NCBI GenBank assembly: GCA_036384955.1
Contig: DASVLI010000189.1
Span: 6,813-70,812 of the forward strand
Origin: Terracidiphilus sp.
GTDB lineage: Bacteria > Acidobacteriota > Terriglobia > Terriglobales > Acidobacteriaceae
DNA: 64,000 nucleotides
Direction of reading: 5' to 3'
The notes beneath the pieces were generated by a model. It was not told the origin of the DNA. It was given only the letters and a program-made list of their open reading frames with translations, and ran no database searches. Position numbers and translations under genes: made by a program. Shown here piece after piece: positions 38,012-44,221 of the stretch; position 1 is the first letter of the stretch, and every line of letters starts with the position of its first letter.

Positions 38012-38338
38012 ATGAAGGAAGTCGAATTCCTCGGCGATTCGCTGAAGGCGATCATCGATTTTCCGAAAAACGCGCGCCAGAGTGCGGGCCGCCAATTGAT
38101 GCGTGTGCAAAAGGGGCTCGCTCCGAACGACTTCAAGCCTATGCCTTCCATTGGCAAAGGCGTGGAAGAAATTCGAATCCGTGAGGAATCCGGAGCGTAC
38201 CGCGTGATTTACACTGCGCGATTGCCCGACGCCGTGTATGTACTTCACGCCTCTCAAAAGAGGACGCAGAAGACCTCTCCGCGCGATCTGGAAATTGCCA
38301 AAGTTCGATTCAACAGTCTGATGCGAGGCGCACGATGA
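38012..38338 (+). CDS. HigB/RelE-superfamily toxin (phage Gp49-like, DUF891 type)
   Basis: MKEVEFLGDSLKAIIDFP...GKGVEEIRIREESGAYRVIYTA...YVLHASQKRTQKTSPRDLEIAKVRF. Toxin-first order with a 4-nt overlap onto the HTH antitoxin. Confidence 0.8.
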   Translation: MKEVEFLGDSLKAIIDFPKNARQSAGRQLMRVQKGLAPNDFKPMPSIGKGVEEIRIREESGAYRVIYTARLPDAVYVLHASQKRTQKTSPRDLEIAKVRFNSLMRGAR

Positions 38339-38622
38339 GCAAAGCGGGAAAACAGCGATTTGCCAATGTCTGGGATGCAATTGCCGAAACACCGGAAGAG
38401 GCTGCCAACCTGACTCTACGCGCTCAATTGATGGACGAGATTGAGGCAATTATCGAGCGAAACGGCTGGACACAGGCCGAGGCCGCCAAGCGTTGCGGTG
38501 TCTCGCAGCCCCGCATCAACGACCTGCTGCGCGGCCGCATTACCCGCTTCTCGCTTGACGCGCTGGTGAACATTGCTGCCGCGTTAGGCCGCAAAGTGAA
38601 GGTTCGGCTGGAAGCAGCCTGA
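38335..38622 (+). CDS. XRE-family HTH antitoxin (HigA-like)
   Basis: WTQAEAAKRCGVSQPRINDLLRG HTH. 95 aa. Confidence 0.8.
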   Translation: MSKAGKQRFANVWDAIAETPEEAANLTLRAQLMDEIEAIIERNGWTQAEAAKRCGVSQPRINDLLRGRITRFSLDALVNIAAALGRKVKVRLEAA

Positions 38623-38623
38623 C

Positions 38624-38668
38624 CCCTACCGCCCACCGTCATTTGGTCCAGCTACATCCCTTATGCCG
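38624..38668 (-). repeat. Relic copy of the tldD 3' terminus; direct repeat of 39035-39091
   Basis: ccctaccgccc + accgtcat + ggtccagct + atgccg align with the genuine tldD end, with one 10-nt gap and one 2-nt gap. The relic encodes LDQMTVGG against LDKMTVGG in tldD. Confidence 0.7.
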
Positions 38669-38942
38669 CAAATAGCCGCAACTGGATCTTCGATCCGGTT
38701 GCCTCGGCGAAGCGGATCAGCGTTTTGGCGCTGGGGAGGGAACGGCCGCTTTCGAGGCGGGCGATGGCGGATTGGCTGGTGCCCATGCGCTCGGCCAGTT
38801 CGGCTTGTGAGAGGCCGGCACCCGCGCGCGCGCGAATCAACTCGGCGGCGATTGCAAACTCCTGCTCCAGCGCGTCGTATTCGCGCTTCACGTCAGGATT
38901 GGCCAGGGACTTCGCCATGAATTCTTTCAAGGGGATGGTCAT
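38661..38942 (-). CDS. XRE-family HTH antitoxin, orphaned
   Basis: LSQAELAERMGTSQSAIARLESG HTH. 93 aa. The upstream partner is reduced to a remnant. Confidence 0.8.
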   Translation of the reverse strand: MTIPLKEFMAKSLANPDVKREYDALEQEFAIAAELIRARAGAGLSQAELAERMGTSQSAIARLESGRSLPSAKTLIRFAEATGSKIQLRLFAA

Positions 38943-39036
38943 ACAATCTCCTTTGCTCGCCGTTTTGCGATTTCAATCTCAGAGCTCGGCGTCTTTTGCG
39001 TCTTTGAAATAATTGGAACGGGTAAGGTAATCCGCC
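38939..39036 (-). pseudogene. 5'-truncated remnant of a Gp49-like HigB toxin
   Basis: The minus frame reads ...LPVPIISKTQKTPSSEIEIAKRRAKEIV* with an ATGA overlap onto the antitoxin start. It matches the C-terminus of the intact toxin at 38012-38338 (SQKRTQKTSPRDLEIAKVRF). It has no start codon and runs directly into the tldD stop. Confidence 0.6.
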
Positions 39037-40479
39037 CTACCGCCCCGTTCCGCCCACCGTCATCTTGTCCAGCTTGATGGTTGGCATGCCGACGCCCACC
39101 GGCACGCTCTGGCCGTCTTTGCCGCAGGTGCCAATGCCCTCGTCCATCTTCAGGTCGTTGCCCACCATGGAGACATACTTCAGCGCCTCCGGCCCGTTGC
39201 CAATCAGCGTCGCATCGCGCACCGGCGCGGTAATTTTGCCGTCCTCGATCAGGTACGCTTCGCTGGCCGAAAACACAAACTTGCCATTGGTGATGTCCAC
39301 CTGCCCGCCGCCGAAGTTCACCGCGTACAGGCCGCGCTTCACGCTGCGCAAAATGTCCTCGGGCGCGTCGTCGCCGGCCAGCATGTAGGTGTTGGTCATG
39401 CGCGGCATGGGGATTGCCTGGTAGCTCTCGCGCCTGCCCGAGCCGGTGTTGCCAATGCCCATCAACCGCGCGGAAAGCTTGTCGGAGAGATAGCCTTTCA
39501 GCACGCCGTTCTCAATCAGCACCGTTTCCTGCGTGGGTGAGCCTTCGTCGTCCACGTTCAGTGAGCCGCGCCGTCCGGCAATCGTGCCATTGTCCACCAC
39601 GGTCACCTTGGGACTCGCCACCGGCTGCCCAATCAAGCCAGCAAACGCTGAAGTCTTTTTGCGATTGAAGTCGGCCTCCAGTCCATGCCCCACGGCCTCA
39701 TGCAGCAGAATGCCCGGCCAACCCGGTCCCAGCACCACCTGCATCTCGCCCGCCGGCGCTGCCACCGCGCCCAGTTGCAGAATCGCGCCGCGCGCCGCCT
39801 CCTGCGCCAAATGCTCTGGACTCTTGCTGCCCTGGAATTGATCGAGTCCAGCTCTGCCGCCGCCGCCCGCCGAGCCCTTCGTGGTGCCCGTTTCGTTCTT
39901 GGCGATGACAAACACATTCAGCCGGCACAAAGGCTGCGTGTCGCTGGCAAAGGCGCCGTCGCTGGCGGCAATCAAAATGCGCCGCAGCTCCTCGCTGTAG
40001 CTGGCGCGCACCTGCACAATGCGCGGGTCGTAGGCGCGTGCGGCGCGGTCGGCACGCAAAATCAGTTCCAGCCGCGCGGCCAGGTCCAGGTCGAACCCGC
40101 CCAGCGGCACCGGATACAGGTCCGCGCCCTGCGTTTCCGTAAAGCCCTGCACCGGCTGTTTGGCCGGTCCGCTGGCAATCAGCGCCGCGGTACGCGCGGC
40201 ATGCAGCAGCCGCTCGGGGCTCAGGTTGTCGGTGTAGGCATAGCCGGTGCGCTCGCCGCTCAGCACCCGCACCCCGCATCCCGCGCTTGTTCCCTGACTG
40301 GCCGACTTCACAATCTGCTCGTCAACGCCCAGCGCCGTCGCCGTTACCGATTCAAAGTACAGATCGGCGTAGTCGCCTCCGGCAGAAAGCGCCTCGCCCA
40401 GGCAGCGCTCCAGCAGCCGCTCGGTGATGCCGAATTTCTCAAAAAAATACCGCTTGTGACTGGCGTTTGGGGAAGTCAT
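39037..40479 (-). CDS. tldD: TldD metalloprotease
   Basis: 480 aa with the HEAVGHGLEADF zinc-binding motif. Confidence 0.93.
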   Translation of the reverse strand: MTSPNASHKRYFFEKFGITERLLERCLGEALSAGGDYADLYFESVTATALGVDEQIVKSASQGTSAGCGVRVLSGERTGYAYTDNLSPERLLHAARTAALIASGPAKQPVQGFTETQGADLYPVPLGGFDLDLAARLELILRADRAARAYDPRIVQVRASYSEELRRILIAASDGAFASDTQPLCRLNVFVIAKNETGTTKGSAGGGGRAGLDQFQGSKSPEHLAQEAARGAILQLGAVAAPAGEMQVVLGPGWPGILLHEAVGHGLEADFNRKKTSAFAGLIGQPVASPKVTVVDNGTIAGRRGSLNVDDEGSPTQETVLIENGVLKGYLSDKLSARLMGIGNTGSGRRESYQAIPMPRMTNTYMLAGDDAPEDILRSVKRGLYAVNFGGGQVDITNGKFVFSASEAYLIEDGKITAPVRDATLIGNGPEALKYVSMVGNDLKMDEGIGTCGKDGQSVPVGVGMPTIKLDKMTVGGTGR

Positions 40480-40599
40480 CGTGGCTCCAGTGTACGCTGA
40501 AAGCTCAATCGGTTTGCCGTCGCCGTCCCGGTCGCGGCCGTGGTTCGGCTTGCCTCAAGTTACCTATCCTTCACCTGCCGTTCGTGCTAAAGTCTCGCC

Positions 40600-40854
40600 A
40601 TGAAGAGGCTCGTTCTTGCCCTGTTCTTTTGCTCCATGTGTGCCCTGCCGGCGCTTGCGTCCACTCATCCAAAGGTCAAGCATCCCAAATCCGAACATCC
40701 CAGGGCCGAGCATCCGCAAGGCGTGCATCCCAGGGCCGAGCACGCAAAAAATACCCAGAAAGAAGCGATTCACGCCAAGAACACGCAGCATGAGGCCGTG
40801 CATCCGAAAAATAATCAGGCCAAGTCGAAGCACAAGCATTCTCACCACTCCTAG
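40600..40854 (+). CDS. Small secreted His-rich repeat protein
   Basis: Signal peptide MKRLVLALFFCSMCALPALAS. Five tandem HPxxx pentapeptides (15-nt repeats), then two 10-aa HAKNTQxEAx repeats, and a KHKHSHHS tail. Confidence 0.6.
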   Translation: MKRLVLALFFCSMCALPALASTHPKVKHPKSEHPRAEHPQGVHPRAEHAKNTQKEAIHAKNTQHEAVHPKNNQAKSKHKHSHHS

Positions 40855-40918
40855 TGCAAAGAGCACAATCGTTTGCACCCATCTTGAGTGAAGCGCCAAC
40901 TCTGCCGATGCATCCCTT

Positions 40919-41452
40919 ATGAGCGAACTCGACGATCTCCGTTTTCCTATCGGCCACTTCAGCCCGCCGGCCAGTTCCATGGCGGGAATTCGTACGGCCA
41001 ACATCCATACCCTCCGTCTCCTTCCCGAACGGCTTACCGCTGCCGTTGCCGGCCTCGGCGACCATCAGCTCGATACTCCCTACCGTGAAGGCGGCTGGAC
41101 CGTCCGCCAGGTGGTGCATCACCTCTCTGACAGCCATGTCAACGCCTACATCCGTTTCAAGCTCGCTCTTACTGAGGACTGGCCCATCATCAAACCCTAT
41201 GACGAGGCCGCCTGGGCCGAGCTCTCCGATAGCCGCTGGCTGCCCATCGATGGTTCGCTTGCGTTCCTCTCCACACTGCATCAGCGCTGGGTGGCGCTGC
41301 TTGAGTCGCTGAACGACGAGGACTTTCGCCGCGGCTACAACCATCCTGAATCCGGCCGGCAGAGCCTGGCCCGTGTGCTGGCTCTCTACGACTGGCACTC
41401 GCGCCACCATACCGCGCACATCACCAGCCTGCGGGCGCGTATGGGCTGGTAG
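40919..41452 (+). CDS. DinB/YfiT-family metal-dependent hydrolase or thiol transferase
   Basis: FPIGHF..., WTVRQVVHHLSDSHVNAYIRFK, and DWHSRHHTAHI, which form the His triad of the YfiT/DinB fold. Confidence 0.85.
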   Translation: MSELDDLRFPIGHFSPPASSMAGIRTANIHTLRLLPERLTAAVAGLGDHQLDTPYREGGWTVRQVVHHLSDSHVNAYIRFKLALTEDWPIIKPYDEAAWAELSDSRWLPIDGSLAFLSTLHQRWVALLESLNDEDFRRGYNHPESGRQSLARVLALYDWHSRHHTAHITSLRARMGW

Positions 41453-41458
41453 GCGTTC

Positions 41459-43054
41459 ATGTCTGCGGACGAGGCCTCGGCCGCGGCGGGCCAACTGGTG
41501 CAAGCCATCGAGGAATTTCTCTCCGCGCATCCTGAAGCTGCCCTGCTCGAAGATGGCCGCGTCCTCTTTGACATGCGCATTGCACGCTACTCGGTTGCCG
41601 AGTCGCACGGCCGCTGCCTGCTCCAGCTATGGAGTGACGAGCGCAACGTTGTTCGCACCGTGGTGCAGGTTGAGCACCGCGCGCAGTGCCTGCGGGTGCT
41701 CACCCGCCGCATGGGCCAAACTAAGCCGCAAGCGCTGGAGCTGGTTCCCACCGCCGACCGCCGCACGCCCACCGCGCGCGATGCCGCGCGCCGCAACTAC
41801 ATGCGCCTGCTGGAGCGTGCCCTGGCTCGCACCAATCCCGGCTGCAAAATCGACGCCATGCGCTCCGCCATGGACCTGGAACACAGCTTCGGCCCTGCCT
41901 ATGCGCGCGGCCACCTGTTGCGCGGCACCGCCGGTGAAGCGGTTATCGGCGTCGGTGCGGCCGAGTCCGCCTCCACCATCGACGGCGTGCTTACGTTGGG
42001 CCTGCTCTGGCTCAACTACTGCCGCGAGCACGGCGATGCGCGCCGCTACTTCGGCGCGTTGCGCGTCATCGTTCCTGAGGGAGCTGCACGTACCACCGCC
42101 GAGCGCATGTCCTGGCTCAATCACGCGGCGGCCGAGTTCCGCCTCTTCACGCTCGACGAGCGAAGCGAGGAACTGACCGAAGTCGACTTCCGCGATTCCG
42201 GCAATCTCGAGTCAACGCTCGTCCACGCCTTCTCCGCGCAAGCCGCCATTGCGCGTTGCCAGCAGGGAATCGACGAAATTCTCGCTCTCGTTCCCGACGG
42301 AGCCGAAGAGCGCGTCGAGATACGCACCCGCTCCACTACGGAAACAGCCCTGCTGCTGCACGGGCTTGAATTCGCGCGCGTCCGCGCCGGCGCTGCGGCG
42401 CACAGCTTTGCGCGCCAGCTTGAAGTCACCTTCGGCGCCGGTCCGCAGGAGACACCGCTCACCGAAGAAAGTGCGCCACTGTGCCGTCAGCTTTTTGCGC
42501 GCCTCTTTGCCAGCCGCTGTCCAGACGGAGCGCAGGTCGATCCGCTCTTTCGCATGCAGCCCGAGCGCTGGCTGGAGTCGCGCCTGCGCATGAGCCTTGG
42601 CGAACTGCTGCCCTCGCTGCGCGGCGACCTGCTCTGCTCGCAGGTGCCCGCGCTCTCCGCAGGCGACCGCGGCATGCTCGACCTGCTCACGCTCGACCGC
42701 GCCGGCCGGCTTACCATCATTGAGCTCAAGGCCGACGAAGACCTACACCTGCCGCTCCAGGCCCTCGATTACTGGATTCGCGTGCGCGCGCTGCAGCACG
42801 ACCGCCAGCCCGCCGAGGGCGGAGGCCGCCCGCTCACCGCCTTCGAGCGCAAGGGCTACTTTCAGGGCGCGGAGGTCTCCGAGCTGCCTCCGCGGTTGCT
42901 CCTCGCCGCGCCTGCGCTGCGCATTCATCCGGCCAACGAGCCTGTTTTGCGCTACTTTGCGCCGGAGATTGATTGGGAGCTGATTGCGCTCACCGAACAC
43001 TGGCGGCGCGAACTGCGGGTGGTTTTCCGCAAGCGACCCGGCGACCCGCGCTAG
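41459..43054 (+). CDS. Uncharacterized protein with a C-terminal NucS/RecB-like PD-(D/E)xK nuclease core
   Basis: The C-terminal GMLDLLTLDRAGRLTIIELKADEDLHLPLQALDYWIRV gives a D...ExK...QxxxY pattern. The N-terminal 400 aa or so have no recognisable motif. The start lies 6 nt after the dinB-like stop. Confidence 0.6.
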   Translation: MSADEASAAAGQLVQAIEEFLSAHPEAALLEDGRVLFDMRIARYSVAESHGRCLLQLWSDERNVVRTVVQVEHRAQCLRVLTRRMGQTKPQALELVPTADRRTPTARDAARRNYMRLLERALARTNPGCKIDAMRSAMDLEHSFGPAYARGHLLRGTAGEAVIGVGAAESASTIDGVLTLGLLWLNYCREHGDARRYFGALRVIVPEGAARTTAERMSWLNHAAAEFRLFTLDERSEELTEVDFRDSGNLESTLVHAFSAQAAIARCQQGIDEILALVPDGAEERVEIRTRSTTETALLLHGLEFARVRAGAAAHSFARQLEVTFGAGPQETPLTEESAPLCRQLFARLFASRCPDGAQVDPLFRMQPERWLESRLRMSLGELLPSLRGDLLCSQVPALSAGDRGMLDLLTLDRAGRLTIIELKADEDLHLPLQALDYWIRVRALQHDRQPAEGGGRPLTAFERKGYFQGAEVSELPPRLLLAAPALRIHPANEPVLRYFAPEIDWELIALTEHWRRELRVVFRKRPGDPR

Positions 43055-43257
43055 CCAGCCCTCACAGACGTGATTTAAATCACATCCAGTACATTTCAAT
43101 CCGGGCAGAATCAACTCACGATTTCCCCGCATCCCATAGGTGAACGTGGTGCGGGACTATCCGGACTTGGAATGGGCCATCGGTATTGTCGGATCCGCTC
43201 TAGTCCGCTCCAGATTTGCCGATAAGAGTCTGCAGTAGAGAATCTTCGGGGGTGTTT

Positions 43258-43482
43258 ATGCTCGCTTCCGCCACTGTCTCATCCGCCGTCGTCTATCCGG
43301 GCGCAACCCGGCCTGTCGCCAAATCCCCTGTCACCAAGTCCACTGAGCTGCCCGAGGACGCCGAATCTTCTCTGGCCTGGAATGCGGGCGGCTGCCTGCG
43401 CGGCCTCCGTTACGGCATCGCCATCGAGCTGACTGCTGCCGCCATGGTCTACGGCGTCTGGCGCCTGGTGCATCTGCTGTAG
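43258..43482 (+). CDS. Hypothetical small protein with a C-terminal TM helix
   Basis: 74-aa ORF preceded by cgggggtg. The C-terminus IAIELTAAAMVYGVWRLVHLL is hydrophobic. Confidence 0.3.
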   Translation: MLASATVSSAVVYPGATRPVAKSPVTKSTELPEDAESSLAWNAGGCLRGLRYGIAIELTAAAMVYGVWRLVHLL

Positions 43483-43577
43483 CTCAAGCCATCACACGAG
43501 AATCTGGTTGTGCCATTCCCTCGCGGTGAGCAGAGCTGCGTCATCCATATGGGAAAATATATGCTACTATCAGCCCT

Positions 43578-43915
43578 ATGCTCGACCTCCGGGAATATCT
43601 CGACCGGAATGGGCGCGGCCGGTTCGGCGAGTGGTTTGAAGGCCTGCATGCGGAAGCGGCGCGGCGCGTGACCACAGCGCTTTACCGCCTCTGGGGCTGG
43701 GAAATCTCTCCAATGTCAAAGGTGTCGGCTCGGGAGTCTTCGAGTACCGCATCGATTTCGGTCCCGGTTATCGCGTCTACTTCGGCAAGGATGGCGAGCG
43801 CATCGTGATTTTGCTGTGTGGCGGAAGCAAAAGCCGCCAGCAGCGCGACATCGAACTGGCAATTGAGTATTGGCAGGAATTCAAGCAGGCGAAGAGGAGC
43901 GAGCCATGGCGTTGA
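43578..43915 (+). pseudogene. Frameshifted addiction-module killer protein (RelE/ParE superfamily)
   Basis: The frame starting at 43578 encodes MLDLREYLDRNGRGRFGEWFEGLHAEAARRVTTALYRL. The family continuation GLGNLSNVKGVGSGVFEYRIDFGPGYRVYFGKDGERIVILLCGGSKSRQQRDIELAIEYWQEF... is in the -1 frame from about 43691 to the TGA at 43913-43915. The switch is at the G-run at 43693-43696. Confidence 0.8.
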
Positions 43916-44217
43916 CGCGGAGTTTTCGAGAGACCGTGCAGGCGCGCGTGCAGAGCGACAAAGCCTTTCGGCGCGGCCTGCTGAGCGATGCCATCGAGGC
44001 GCTGCTGGCGGGTGAATCCGCGCTTGGCCGCGAGATTCTGCGCGACTACATCAACGCCACAATCGGCTTTCCTGCGCTTGCTGAAGAGACCGGCCTGCAC
44101 GTGAAGACGCTGCACCAGATGTTTGGTCCGAAGGGCAATCCCACCGCTGCGAATATCTTCGCCATCATCGCCTGCCTGCAGCAGCACGAAGGCGTGCGCC
44201 TGCAAGTCGTCGCCTGA
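43906..44217 (+). CDS. Addiction-module antidote protein (HigA-family HTH)
   Basis: MALTRSFRETVQARVQSDKAFRRGLL...ETGLHVKTLHQMFGPKGNPTAANIFAII. The ATG at 43906 overlaps the reconstructed toxin end. Confidence 0.8.
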   Translation: MALTRSFRETVQARVQSDKAFRRGLLSDAIEALLAGESALGREILRDYINATIGFPALAEETGLHVKTLHQMFGPKGNPTAANIFAIIACLQQHEGVRLQVVA

Positions 44218-44221
44218 CCTG

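Noticed and set aside
40640-40800. Regular 15-nt and 30-nt tandem repeats that could be mistaken for a CRISPR or VNTR array.
   Set aside because: The repeats are contiguous with no spacers, in frame, and lie within an ORF that has a signal peptide. They are better explained as a coding pentapeptide repeat.
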